Notes under the pieces: model-generated | Told to the model about the DNA's origin: nothing | The model's database searches: none | Seen by the model: the letters and a program-made list of their open reading frames with translations, nothing else | UHGV virus genome: UHGV-1368795 | Direction: 5' to 3' (one strand) | DNA: 49,493 nt | Source of the DNA: a virus | Program-made: the position numbers and the translations under genes | In this document: positions 1 through 8,965 of the stretch, one piece after another | Numbering within the stretch: position 1 is the stretch's first letter | Layout: every line of letters starts with the position of its first letter

Positions 1-10
1 CTTTTTTTTT

Positions 11-661
11 TTACAAATCCAAAAGTGTCGTAACCTGACTGGCAACATTCGTTGCGGCTGTCTTCACATTGATATAACCACGCTCAATCAGTCCGGATAT
101 GGATGTGCTGGAAACGTCATTACTGTTCAACTGATACTGTGCCGGTTGTGAACCGTTCGCCACTCGGTCAAGCGTGACAATCTGCTGCAGTTCAGCAACA
201 AATATCAGTCCGTTCTCATTCTCCGGGTCTTTAGAGCGCCCGATACGCTGAATGACCATATTGTTCAGCGTGATTTCACCCGTATCCACTGTGAATACCT
301 GGCCGGAGTACATGAAATCAAGCAAAGTGTTCAGTGTCGTACTGGAGCGAGTTTCGTTTGAGCCGCTCAACCACCCTGCGAACAGACCCGCGCCAGTGGC
401 TATGAACGGATTGTCATCGACGAGATTTGTTAATGCCCCGGTGAAATCGGTGATACTAACTTTCAATGGGTTGTTCGATACCGCACCCGTCATCGTGTAA
501 CGAATAGGTTGATAAATGATGTGGTCTGCAATTGGCGTACCTGTCTCAATGGGGTATTGCACGATGTCCACACTGGCATCAAGGTCATCAGACAGGACAG
601 CATCGAACTGAAGCGACCCAAGCTGTGGGCCGCGCTTTACCAGAAGGTTAATTAAACTCAT
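11..661 (-). CDS. tail/baseplate-associated virion protein (hypothetical)
   Basis: 216-aa ORF. Its ATG overlaps the stop of the upstream SLT-domain tail gene (ATGA). It is the last gene of the tape-measure module. Confidence 0.4.
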   Translation of the reverse strand: MSLINLLVKRGPQLGSLQFDAVLSDDLDASVDIVQYPIETGTPIADHIIYQPIRYTMTGAVSNNPLKVSITDFTGALTNLVDDNPFIATGAGLFAGWLSGSNETRSSTTLNTLLDFMYSGQVFTVDTGEITLNNMVIQRIGRSKDPENENGLIFVAELQQIVTLDRVANGSQPAQYQLNSNDVSSTSISGLIERGYINVKTAATNVASQVTTLLDL

Positions 662-2082
662 AATATGTATGCCTTACCTTGTCTGAATCGTTCCTCAACA
701 CGTTGCCACACATCACCGACAGTGATGTAACCTTTATACCCCGTGTCAAGCCCTGCGTTCTGATTGTACGCTGTAGAAGGTGATGAGTACATCACGGTTG
801 TGGAAGGTTTACCGATGAATGCCGGACTGAATACAGCCATGTACACATCGCCCATTGTCTTATAACGCCCTTTATACTGATTGAAATAATCAGTGATCGG
901 ACCTCTCACCTGTTCGGCTGCGGTCATTGACAGGATGACATTTTTATTACGACCGTACTTACTCTGAAACGCACTTGTCCAGCCGACATTAGTAAACTGA
1001 ATCAGTCCCACTGCACCAGATTTACTGTTCTTCGCCTGGGGATTGAAGTTAGACTCCGCAGAGATTACAGCCATAATCCAGTTAGGACTGATACCCAGAC
1101 TTTGTCCAAGTTTACGTACCTCGGTGCGGAAATCCTGCTGCTGACTGGCATCCTCACCCTGTACACCCGCGCGACCGTAAATAAGACGATTACCAACGTC
1201 AGTATTTGTCGTGGTGGTATCCATTGACCCGGCCCGCACAGCTTTGACAAACGTGTACCAGTCAGGACCATGTGTGTCACCGGTGTGCTGAATGGTCTGA
1301 ACGTTCCAGTCACCTTCCAGTTTAGCGTCAATGGTCGTCTGGAACTCCACTGCCCCGAAATCGAATTTAGGCCATTTAGATTCAATGTTAAGCACCGATG
1401 CAGGTGTCATACGGGGGTCAAGACGCATCTTAACGTCACAGAATACACCATCAATACCGCCGTGAAGCGTGGGTGCATCAATCATCCCGGTTGCGGAACT
1501 GATTTTGACAGGCGTGGCTTTACGGTCATCAGATGGAAATCCGACGAACACCTGCCCAGCGTACAGATGCCACTCGAAGCCGTATGCTTTAGCCAGAATG
1601 TCAAGTTCCTTACTGATGTCGGAGCTAACGTTGTAGCCACCAGCCATGACAATAGAGTTAAATTTGTCCACACTATTGACAAGGTATAGTGGCTTTGACC
1701 AGTCCTGTGCGAGACTGGTCAAGACGTCAAACAATGTCACGCCTTTACCGAAACTTGCGCTCGTTGTCCCTCCGTCGAGCACGTTGCTACCGCTGCGACA
1801 CGTCACACGGGTGATAATGTCGGTGCCGTCACGAATGGTGAAAACGTTAGTGACAAACCCGGTGAAAATCTGACCAATGCGCGACTGATATCCGGCGCGA
1901 AAAACAACGGTCTGATTCGGTTCAATCTTCGTTGTTGGCGCGAGGTTCCACAAGCGAAACTCACAGGTACTCAGACTGTCGCCGGTATACGTTGTCACAT
2001 CGAACGAGCACCGGAGCATCGGGTACGACTGTGTAATGAAATTCTTTGTGTCAATGAGTATTTCATACTGGCGCAAATCCAT
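658..2082 (-). CDS. tail protein with C-terminal lytic transglycosylase (SLT) domain
   Basis: 474 aa. The C-terminal segment GISPNWIMAVISAESNFNPQAKNS...GLIQFT carries the family-1 lytic transglycosylase signature with a catalytic Glu-Ser. This is typical of a tail-associated peptidoglycan hydrolase. Confidence 0.7.
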   Translation of the reverse strand: MDLRQYEILIDTKNFITQSYPMLRCSFDVTTYTGDSLSTCEFRLWNLAPTTKIEPNQTVVFRAGYQSRIGQIFTGFVTNVFTIRDGTDIITRVTCRSGSNVLDGGTTSASFGKGVTLFDVLTSLAQDWSKPLYLVNSVDKFNSIVMAGGYNVSSDISKELDILAKAYGFEWHLYAGQVFVGFPSDDRKATPVKISSATGMIDAPTLHGGIDGVFCDVKMRLDPRMTPASVLNIESKWPKFDFGAVEFQTTIDAKLEGDWNVQTIQHTGDTHGPDWYTFVKAVRAGSMDTTTTNTDVGNRLIYGRAGVQGEDASQQQDFRTEVRKLGQSLGISPNWIMAVISAESNFNPQAKNSKSGAVGLIQFTNVGWTSAFQSKYGRNKNVILSMTAAEQVRGPITDYFNQYKGRYKTMGDVYMAVFSPAFIGKPSTTVMYSSPSTAYNQNAGLDTGYKGYITVGDVWQRVEERFRQGKAYIL

Positions 2083-2084
2083 TG

Positions 2085-3470
2085 TCAGTAACTCCTTTGC
2101 CGGGTCTGGTCAATTGCCTGCGGATACACCTGCGTCTCGAGATGATTCACGGTGTAGCGGCCAATTGCGTTACCGTCCAGTATCACGTCACCCTGCGTGG
2201 TGAAATTGCCATTAAGCTGAATTGGACGGTTTATGGACTCCATAATCTGATTCAGCTGCTGGCTTTGCTGCGCGTAATTATTGGTCACCGGACTTGCTTC
2301 GGCACCATATGAACCGTCGTTGGTCGCGGGGTTGTACAGTGAATTGTTTCGACGTAATGCGGAGAGTGTATTATCATCTACCGTTCTGTTATCGGAATCG
2401 TTGACCCAATTCTCCCTTTTTGCCCAGAACGGTGTACCACCCCATGCAGGGGTTTCGACGGTGGATGATTTGTTATTAATTGTCGCATCATTGGCATTTG
2501 TACCCAGGTTGTTAATCCAGTCATCCATTTTCTTAATCCACGGGATAGACTGCATTGCATTTTCATACGCCTTATACAACCCGTGTTCGGACACATCTTT
2601 ACCAAAGGAGCTGGTTTTCAACCAGTTATCGAGTCTACCTACGACACCGGATATAGTATTACTCAGACTGGTAATATCTGGCACGAGCATGTCGGCAATG
2701 GTGTTGCCAAGACTCTCGAACTTTTGTTGAGTGTCAATCATAGTCTGATTGATTGCGTTCAGTGCAGCATTATGTTTCTCGGTGTAACCCATTTCAGCAG
2801 CACGGGCTTTTGACACTTCCAGCGTTGTAGCGCCGAACTCCTGCCACACTCTGACGGTAGCCGGGTCGAGACCTAAAACCTCCGCCACGTTGCTCTGACG
2901 CGTCGTATCGAGGCGCTGGAACTGCCCGGCAATGTCGCTGTAAATATCCTCGCGCGTGCGCCCCGTGGGATTATCAACACGAATCCCTGCAACCGCCAGT
3001 TGCTGAATCATCCCGGCGTCACCGGTCTGAATGCGGTTAATCCCGCGCTCGATATTTAAAAGGCTGTTTGTTGTTGCTTGCCGGTCACCACCGCGCTGTT
3101 CGGCCAGTGCGCCAAGTCCATAAACCTCAGTCGGTCCGAACTGACTGGTTGCAAGCTGGTTGTTCAGGTCGTAAGCCTGTTGCGCTTTCTTCGACTCAAA
3201 CGCCCACGCTGCGCCGACACCCGCGGCAACACCAGACATCGCAAGTCCGGCACCTTTGAATGTGGCAACCAGACTCATAATGCGTGATTTTGAATTTTCT
3301 ACGCCGGTTTTAACGCCCTGGTCAAGAGACTTACCGACGTCGTCCATCTGACCACCGGCTTGCTCTGCCGATTTGCCGAGATTGTCGATGTCTTTTTCAG
3401 CCTGTTCAGCACCTTTACCATCGTAAGAGATACCAAGACCGATGAGGAACTGCGTGATGATGTTAGCCAT
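2085..3470 (-). CDS. putative tail tape measure protein
   Basis: 461 aa. The N-terminal half looks coiled-coil and there is a Gly/Ala-rich hydrophobic stretch (GAGLAMSGVAAGVGAAWAF). It lies directly downstream of the G/GT chaperone pair. Confidence 0.5.
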   Translation of the reverse strand: MANIITQFLIGLGISYDGKGAEQAEKDIDNLGKSAEQAGGQMDDVGKSLDQGVKTGVENSKSRIMSLVATFKGAGLAMSGVAAGVGAAWAFESKKAQQAYDLNNQLATSQFGPTEVYGLGALAEQRGGDRQATTNSLLNIERGINRIQTGDAGMIQQLAVAGIRVDNPTGRTREDIYSDIAGQFQRLDTTRQSNVAEVLGLDPATVRVWQEFGATTLEVSKARAAEMGYTEKHNAALNAINQTMIDTQQKFESLGNTIADMLVPDITSLSNTISGVVGRLDNWLKTSSFGKDVSEHGLYKAYENAMQSIPWIKKMDDWINNLGTNANDATINNKSSTVETPAWGGTPFWAKRENWVNDSDNRTVDDNTLSALRRNNSLYNPATNDGSYGAEASPVTNNYAQQSQQLNQIMESINRPIQLNGNFTTQGDVILDGNAIGRYTVNHLETQVYPQAIDQTRQRSY

Positions 3471-3766
3471 TATTCAGGCACCCACAGAAGATGGTTATCG
3501 ACGCCGAGGTTGTCAATGGTTACCTCATCGCCCACAAAGAAGAAGCGACCCAGTCCGGCGCGGTATGCTTTACTGACCTCAGCATTCGGGACAAGCATTG
3601 CACCGGTGATGTATTTGATACCATCCTGTGAGACAGTCATTGTCCACGCGGGTTTGTCGGTATAGCTGATGTAATCCAGCGCAAAGTCGAGAACGTTGTC
3701 GCCCAGCTTGACCGTAAAGGTCTGATGAGAGTTGGCCGCACCGTTATTTAGGGGAATTTCTTGCAT
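3470..3766 (-). CDS. tail-module protein (hypothetical)
   Basis: 98-aa ORF with a GAGG RBS. Its 3' end overlaps the start of the tape measure candidate. Confidence 0.4.
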   Translation of the reverse strand: MQEIPLNNGAANSHQTFTVKLGDNVLDFALDYISYTDKPAWTMTVSQDGIKYITGAMLVPNAEVSKAYRAGLGRFFFVGDEVTIDNLGVDNHLLWVPE

Positions 3767-4327
3767 TGTTTATCGCCTCAATATACTTACCCTGCAATTC
3801 ATCCATCGCAAAGTGAAATTGTTCGACTTCAGCAAGCGATATTGTACCATCTTTTAACTGCGCCCATGTGCACAAAGGTGGGCATACTCCCTCGATACCT
3901 GTGCAAACCCGCATAAAGTACCAGTTAACCGGGCTGGGTCGCCCGGTGTCCCTTACTCGTCTTTGTTTGCGTTTTGCACGTAATCGAAAAAATCAGCGTA
4001 AACCCACAGGAACAATTCGGCCAGCAGAGTATTCAGCGTCATCATTTTACCCGGGAAATCATTCACTGTGATTTTCGTGTTGGTACCCGCTGTCATTGCT
4101 TTACTCAGAAGTACCTCGGCAATGCGTTGCTTGATGTGATGTGGTACAGCGGTGAGCAACAGGGTTACATCTTTAACACCGAGTTCACCACCGTTTTTGT
4201 AAACGTTGGCGGCATGTGCGATAAACTGTGCGCTCACCAGGGATAACAGTTCGTCCTGCTCAATTGCGGAAGGCATCGCGGCGTTCACAGTGATGTCGCC
4301 AGCGGTAAAAGTTTTAACAAGTGACAT
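3744..4327 (-). CDS. tail assembly chaperone GT-like fusion via programmed -1 ribosomal frameshift
   Basis: After the slippery site at plus coordinates 3986-3992 (minus-strand T TTT TTC in the zero frame), the -1 frame is open through the apparent 186-bp gap 3767-3952 and ends at TAA 3744-3746. Lambda G/GT is the model. Confidence 0.5.
3953..4327 (-). CDS. tail assembly chaperone (lambda G-like)
   Basis: 124-aa ORF upstream of the tape measure candidate. A slippery heptamer T_TTT_TTC lies 11 codons before its stop, and the -1 frame stays open for about 80 more codons. Confidence 0.6.
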   Translation of the reverse strand: MSLVKTFTAGDITVNAAMPSAIEQDELLSLVSAQFIAHAANVYKNGGELGVKDVTLLLTAVPHHIKQRIAEVLLSKAMTAGTNTKITVNDFPGKMMTLNTLLAELFLWVYADFFDYVQNANKDE

Positions 4328-4387
4328 TGTTAGTTCTCCGGTTGTTAGTCGTTACAGTGTACACTTGACGAAATCATCAATCAATTA

Positions 4388-4416
4388 TTGACGGCAGCGT
4401 CAAGGTGGGTTATAGT
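4388..4416 (+). promoter_or_regulatory. promoter TTGACGGCAGCGTCAA-N-TATAGT for islet 4447-5826
   Basis: Perfect palindrome TTGACG-N4-CGTCAA and a -10 TATAGT after a 17-nt spacer. A degenerate extra copy TTGACGAAATCATCAA lies at 4365. Confidence 0.6.
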
Positions 4417-4446
4417 TACCCTAACAGAACAACAGGAGAGTATAAA

Positions 4447-4731
4447 ATGATTCGTGAACAAGACCGTAAAGCATGGCGCAAATTTAAAATTCAGTTGGCA
4501 GTCATCATGGCTGCGGCACTGTCGGCAACAATCTACTGTAACAGTGGCCACGCTGCGCAGGGTAAGCAATTCCGGATTTATGACGGGCAGACCGACACGA
4601 TTTGCACATATCATGAGAATGAATTTGGTTATGCGGAAAGTGACGACCCGGCGTATATGGGTACCGGAGTTTGCTGGCGTAAAGATATGATGGATAAAGC
4701 AGACTTTCATATTCGGAGCAAAAGAAAATGA
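4447..4731 (+). CDS. small secreted/membrane-anchored protein
   Basis: AGGAGAG RBS. N-terminal hydrophobic signal-like segment (LAVIMAAALSATIYCNSGHAAQG). It is the first gene of a 4-gene translationally coupled plus-strand islet. Confidence 0.45.
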   Translation: MIREQDRKAWRKFKIQLAVIMAAALSATIYCNSGHAAQGKQFRIYDGQTDTICTYHENEFGYAESDDPAYMGTGVCWRKDMMDKADFHIRSKRK

Positions 4732-5204
4732 CAACAATCGCTTGGGACGGTAAATCAATTAGTGCGGATACTCAGTCCACCAGTGGTTCCACGGTGCTAC
4801 CCTGTCCAACCAAACTAATCGTAATCCAGGAACATCTGGAAATTGAAGGAAAGAAAATATTTTTAGTTGCGACAGCGGGAACATCTGGTGATGAGCGTCA
4901 TTCTTTGAAATACATTCGTGACGGTGGTCTGGAATCTGGCGAAGAAATGCACAAGCAGGTATCCAGTATACTGTTAATGATAACTACCGATGGTTGTGGA
5001 TACGTCTTCCAGAAAGACCGGGATAATTTGCTCCCGTGGGTGTGGGAACAACCTGCTCCGTATGCTGCCGGTAGTGGACGGGATTTTGCACTTGCGGCAA
5101 TGCACTGCGGTAAAAATTCACATGAAGCGGTGCAAATTGCGTCGTTACTCGACATATATACCGGTGGAAAAATAGATACCATAGTGTTACAGGTGAAATC
5201 ATGA
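4728..5204 (+). CDS. HslV/proteasome beta-subunit-like Ntn-hydrolase
   Basis: The N-terminus MTTIAWDGKSI resembles HslV TTIVSVRRNGHV, with the Thr nucleophile exposed after Met removal. The C-terminal YAAGSGRDFALAAMHCG resembles HslV GSGGPYALAAARAL. ATGA-coupled to both neighbours. Confidence 0.55.
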   Translation: MTTIAWDGKSISADTQSTSGSTVLPCPTKLIVIQEHLEIEGKKIFLVATAGTSGDERHSLKYIRDGGLESGEEMHKQVSSILLMITTDGCGYVFQKDRDNLLPWVWEQPAPYAAGSGRDFALAAMHCGKNSHEAVQIASLLDIYTGGKIDTIVLQVKS

Positions 5205-5353
5205 AATGCAAAGTGTCAGTCCGTTGGTGGTTGTTCTACCCATACCAGTCGTTGCTGATTTTCTTTGCCCGTCTGATGAACGTGGAACCGGACTGGCAGA
5301 AAGTGGGTGATTTTTTACAGAAATACTGTATCAAAGTGGAGAAGATGAAATGA
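5201..5353 (+). CDS. small hypothetical protein (50 aa)
   Basis: ATGA overlaps with both flanking genes. It is below the ORF-track length cutoff and was read directly from the sequence. Confidence 0.35.
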   Translation: MKCKVSVRWWLFYPYQSLLIFFARLMNVEPDWQKVGDFLQKYCIKVEKMK

Positions 5354-5826
5354 AAAAAGTCAACAGAGAGACGTTAGTGGGAAAAATTGGTAGTCTCGAA
5401 CTAATGAAAGAAATCGGAGCAATTTCTCTTAATGGTGAGTATACCCTCGCCGCGTATAAAATGCTCCTGGCGACGATGGAGTCCGAGCCGGTGGTGCCGG
5501 AGGGTTTGAACCCTGAAACTGCCGATTTGGTTTTGCGGTTCGCAAGCGCGCTGGCTGATAAGTTGTACAAGGCCGAGCAGAAGTATGGACGCTCAACCGA
5601 CTGGATGAAAAGCGACTGGTATAGCGACTGCCTGCAATCACTTTGGGAGCATATCGAAAAAGGAGACCCAAGAGACGTGGCGGCTTACTGCGCTTTCATG
5701 TGGCATCACGGGTGGAGCACTAAAGTAGTGCAGCGAGCTTTGCTGGAAGCCGAGCGGCAGGCTATTTTTGCTCTTGAGAGTGCAGGTGCAGCAACACCCA
5801 TAGGCCGGGCGTTCAACCGTAAATAA
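5350..5826 (+). CDS. hypothetical protein
   Basis: 158-aa ORF, last gene of the islet, followed by a GC-rich hairpin terminator. Confidence 0.5.
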   Translation: MKKVNRETLVGKIGSLELMKEIGAISLNGEYTLAAYKMLLATMESEPVVPEGLNPETADLVLRFASALADKLYKAEQKYGRSTDWMKSDWYSDCLQSLWEHIEKGDPRDVAAYCAFMWHHGWSTKVVQRALLEAERQAIFALESAGAATPIGRAFNRK

Positions 5827-5828
5827 CT

Positions 5829-5854
5829 AAGGGGCCTGATGGCCCCTTTCGTTT
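5829..5854. terminator. bidirectional rho-independent terminator (GGGGCC-TGAT-GGCCCC + T-rich)
   Basis: A perfect 6-bp GC stem with T-rich flanks on both strands, between the convergent genes 5350-5826 (+) and 5853-6269 (-). Confidence 0.6.
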
Positions 5855-6269
5855 AGCTTGCCGGACCCTTGCTTGGTGTCCAACTGTTAAACTCAAAAAT
5901 CCACTGGTCATCGGTAATTGTCTGACCACCACGCCCACGCGGACCATCGTTCACAATCACACCTTCCGCGCCGACAGCGGCATCAAGTGTGCCAATCTGA
6001 GTATAGGTTAACTCGATGTTAGCCTTGCTCAGAAACAGCCCGTTGATATACGCAGAGTCAGCCGAGCCGGGGTTGAGGTTCAGCGTAACACGACGACCCG
6101 GGTTGATACGGTCCAGACGAATAGCGTTACCACCCAGACCACGACGTAACGCAGTGGACGCGTCAATCGGCTCGTCGGTGTACGGTGGGTCAGACTCACC
6201 CCAGTCCGTTATAATTCTTCCCCCGATTGTAACCACCATATTACTTGTGCTAAAATTTTCGATACTCAT
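5853..6269 (-). CDS. virion structural protein (tail tube candidate)
   Basis: The true start is the ATG at 6267-6269 (MSIENF...), preceded by a GAAGAGGTG RBS. The longer ORF shown in the track is an antisense artefact of the HEG gene. 139 aa, beta-rich, paired with the upstream sheath-like gene. Confidence 0.5.
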   Translation of the reverse strand: MSIENFSTSNMVVTIGGRIITDWGESDPPYTDEPIDASTALRRGLGGNAIRLDRINPGRRVTLNLNPGSADSAYINGLFLSKANIELTYTQIGTLDAAVGAEGVIVNDGPRGRGGQTITDDQWIFEFNSWTPSKGPAS

Positions 6270-6305
6270 AAAACACCTCTTCACATGTGAGGAATCAATT
6301 ATATT

Positions 6306-7193
6306 ATGAACACAGAAGAATTCATAGCCAAGGCTAGACTGGTTCATGGGGATAGGTACGACTATTCGAAGGCAGTTTATCACTACCGAAACCTCGTGAC
6401 CATAACCTGCAAAATACACGGGGATTTTCAAATTCGCTACGACCACCACATCGGGAAGAAGCGCGGCGGTTGTAAACAGTGCTACTTTGACTCGATGAGA
6501 GGAACAAAAGAAGAATTCATAGCCAAGGCTAGACTGGTTCATGGGGATAGGTACGACTATTCGAAATTTGAGTACGTAAACGCACAAACCAAATCGATAA
6601 TCATCTGCCCAAAACATGGTGAATTCACGCATACTCCCGCATCACATCTCGACAAATGCGGATGTCCCACGTGTAGGAGAATAAGGCAGCGAATCCCGCT
6701 GTCGCAGTTTGTTGAAAAAGCAAAATCTATTCATAACAATAAGTATGACTACTCAAAAGCGGTATACAGTGGCAGTAACGAATACTTAAAAATAATTTGT
6801 CCGGAGCATGGGGTTTTCGAAAAAACTCCAGATAATCATTGTCACAAGACGAGACCTCAAGGATGCCCAAAATGTGTCGAATACTTTGGATATCGTGACA
6901 TTCTTCCGGGGTACTTGTATCTGTTCCTGAGCGATGATTCCAAATTCATAAAGATTGGGATATCGAATAATCCCAAAAAAAGAATAAAAAAATTAAAAAA
7001 ATCAACACCTTTTGACTTTAACGTTTTGGAAATTGTTAAATTTAACGACGGTTCCGAGGCGAGAAAATGGGAAAGGACATTCCACAAAATGTACCAATCG
7101 GCTGAACTTTCGGGTTTCGATGGATGTACCGAATGGTTTAAATACGATAAGGCTGTTGCCGATTGGTACAGGTGGTTAAAAGGGGCCAAATAG
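6306..7193 (+). CDS. GIY-YIG superfamily (T5orf172-type) homing endonuclease-like protein
   Basis: The C-terminus GYLYLF...KIGIS...KRIKKLKK is a GIY-YIG/T5orf172 signature. The N-terminus carries three tandem approx 75-aa repeats (EFIAKARLVHGDRYDYSK...ICPKHG), probably DNA-binding modules. It lies on the opposite strand between tail genes. Confidence 0.65.
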   Translation: MNTEEFIAKARLVHGDRYDYSKAVYHYRNLVTITCKIHGDFQIRYDHHIGKKRGGCKQCYFDSMRGTKEEFIAKARLVHGDRYDYSKFEYVNAQTKSIIICPKHGEFTHTPASHLDKCGCPTCRRIRQRIPLSQFVEKAKSIHNNKYDYSKAVYSGSNEYLKIICPEHGVFEKTPDNHCHKTRPQGCPKCVEYFGYRDILPGYLYLFLSDDSKFIKIGISNNPKKRIKKLKKSTPFDFNVLEIVKFNDGSEARKWERTFHKMYQSAELSGFDGCTEWFKYDKAVADWYRWLKGAK

Positions 7194-7203
7194 GCCCCTT
7201 CAA
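7177..7203. terminator. bidirectional terminator (GGGGCC-AAATA-GGCCCC)
   Basis: A hairpin with the same stem as the 5829 terminator. The HEG stop codon TAG sits in its loop. T-runs lie on both strands. Confidence 0.55.
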
Positions 7204-7207
7204 TTCA

Positions 7208-8341
7208 TTAATAAACATCCACCTGAACTTCACAAATTCTGACGCTGCCAGCTTTGAACACGCGCATGTTAATCGGTGCAGACTTACGCGCCGCGCGGTC
7301 AGAATCAGACAGGTCGAGAATGTCGGTGGCTTTGGTCAGCACTTCGAAGCCATCGGTGTACGCTTCCAGACCGGTGTCAGGACTGGTGTAATTGCGCGGG
7401 CCGAGATAGCGGTTACGGATGTACTGTTTGCCGACACGTTTTGCCGCACCAATGAGCGCTTCCTGACCGACAGGAGTCTGCGGGAGTTTGGTGGTCTGGT
7501 TAACGATGGTGTTGTACAGTTCCACACGCAGAGAGTTCACAAATGCGTCCAAATCGACAATATCGGAAATAGATTCGCCGTATGAACTGTGCGACCACGT
7601 CTGCAGCCAGCGACCGCTGTCGGTGCTCCCCTGCAGGTCGAGTACGCTGTAGAATGCACAACGTTTGGTGACCATTGCGTTCTGTTCGGTATCGGACAGG
7701 TCTTCGGCAGCGACACCCGGAGATTTTTTAAACTCAGTGTCAATAGTGCTGTTGTCAGCACTGTAATTGACCGAGGCGGAATGCTTGATGAGCGCATAGG
7801 CCGCATACGGGTCAGTCGCATGAGCAACAGTAAATGCGTGACGATAGCCCAGCGTGTTCAGCTGCGAACAGATATCATCGGTAACGTTCGGGTCACGAAT
7901 TTCAGTTGCAGCCGTACCAGTCTGGCTGTTCGGGAACATAACGCTGTTATCTTCACACCAGGACGCAATCGCCAGTACGCTCGCTTCAACAGCAAGTACG
8001 TCTTTGGTGACGAGCGTCCAGTACCAGTAATGCTTATCAAATGCTTTAGCAAGTGTGTCAGCAATCGAGGTATCCGCGGCTGCAGTAGCCCACACAGTGA
8101 GTTTCGGTACTGCCGGAGTGGAGCCGAGGAATTTAGCACCAGCCTTGTACGTCTCGGTTGTGGTGGCAAAGTCAGCAGCGAGAGAAGCGGTGGAATAGTA
8201 GGTGCGCACCGTATCTTCGGTGAAACCTACCGGGAGTTCAGAGTTTTTGGCAAACAACATCGCAGAAGCGAAGTTTGCCGTACTCAATCCCGCCGGAGAA
8301 ATCCGGGTTGTAATTGGGATGATTTGTTCAATTGGAAACAT
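7208..8341 (-). CDS. major tail protein (sheath-like / DUF3383-like candidate)
   Basis: 377 aa. Positioned after the neck genes and before the tube candidate, with a strong terminator downstream. Confidence 0.4.
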   Translation of the reverse strand: MFPIEQIIPITTRISPAGLSTANFASAMLFAKNSELPVGFTEDTVRTYYSTASLAADFATTTETYKAGAKFLGSTPAVPKLTVWATAAADTSIADTLAKAFDKHYWYWTLVTKDVLAVEASVLAIASWCEDNSVMFPNSQTGTAATEIRDPNVTDDICSQLNTLGYRHAFTVAHATDPYAAYALIKHSASVNYSADNSTIDTEFKKSPGVAAEDLSDTEQNAMVTKRCAFYSVLDLQGSTDSGRWLQTWSHSSYGESISDIVDLDAFVNSLRVELYNTIVNQTTKLPQTPVGQEALIGAAKRVGKQYIRNRYLGPRNYTSPDTGLEAYTDGFEVLTKATDILDLSDSDRAARKSAPINMRVFKAGSVRICEVQVDVY

Positions 8342-8383
8342 GTTTACGAGTCCTCGTAAGTTACAGTGTGCACACGTTGACCA

Positions 8384-8965
8384 TTATATCGAAATTTCAC
8401 CGGATTGATAGTTCACACCGGCTTCGGCATCAACATATCTTAACTGAAGCGTGCCATTTTCGAAATACACCTGGTCCATACCCTCACCAATGGTGAAAGG
8501 AACGTGCAGAATATTATTCACTGTCACCGTATTCACCGCTTCGTAAAGCAGTTTAACGATGATTTGTGCACGCTGTTCGAAGTTGCTCGCCTGCAGCGCT
8601 GTCAGGTTGTTGACCGGTTCAGTGCCACCCCATCCGATACCGGCTTTCCACAGGGGCCAGCACACGTCCGGGCGTTTGTGACATTCCTTCAGCATTTCGG
8701 CATATTGCATTGCTTCACCACGGAAGAAATTAATTTCACAGGATGCGACAATCTGTGCGCGAATTTCATACACGATAGTGTCATTTGCGCCGTCGGTCAT
8801 GATGATGTTTGCCTGACCACGTTCACGGATGCTCTGACGTGGCCGCACAGACGCGTATGGGCCGTTCGGAGATGGTCCGTTAGGGTCGGCAAGGATACAC
8901 TCGCTGACACCCGTCACGTTGAGTATATGCGGTCTGATAGCCGCAAAGATTTCATTGTTGGTCAT
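8384..8965 (-). CDS. neck/tail-completion protein (hypothetical)
   Basis: 193-aa ORF in the head-tail joining block. Confidence 0.4.
   Translation of the reverse strand: MTNNEIFAAIRPHILNVTGVSECILADPNGPSPNGPYASVRPRQSIRERGQANIIMTDGANDTIVYEIRAQIVASCEINFFRGEAMQYAEMLKECHKRPDVCWPLWKAGIGWGGTEPVNNLTALQASNFEQRAQIIVKLLYEAVNTVTVNNILHVPFTIGEGMDQVYFENGTLQLRYVDAEAGVNYQSGEISI

Noticed and set aside
1065-1689. Nested ORFs 1065-1385 (-), 1270-1689 (+) and 1482-1682 (-) inside the SLT tail gene
   Set aside because: They are alternative or antisense frames of a well-supported 474-aa gene. The composition is skewed (Cys/Trp/Arg-rich), and there is no RBS or coupling logic.
5853-6632. Long 259-aa minus ORF spanning the HEG start region
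   Set aside because: The N-terminal 120 residues are the antisense of the HEG tandem repeats; even the peptide repeat VVPIPMNQSSLGYEFF is duplicated. The genuine gene starts at ATG 6267-6269 with a good RBS.
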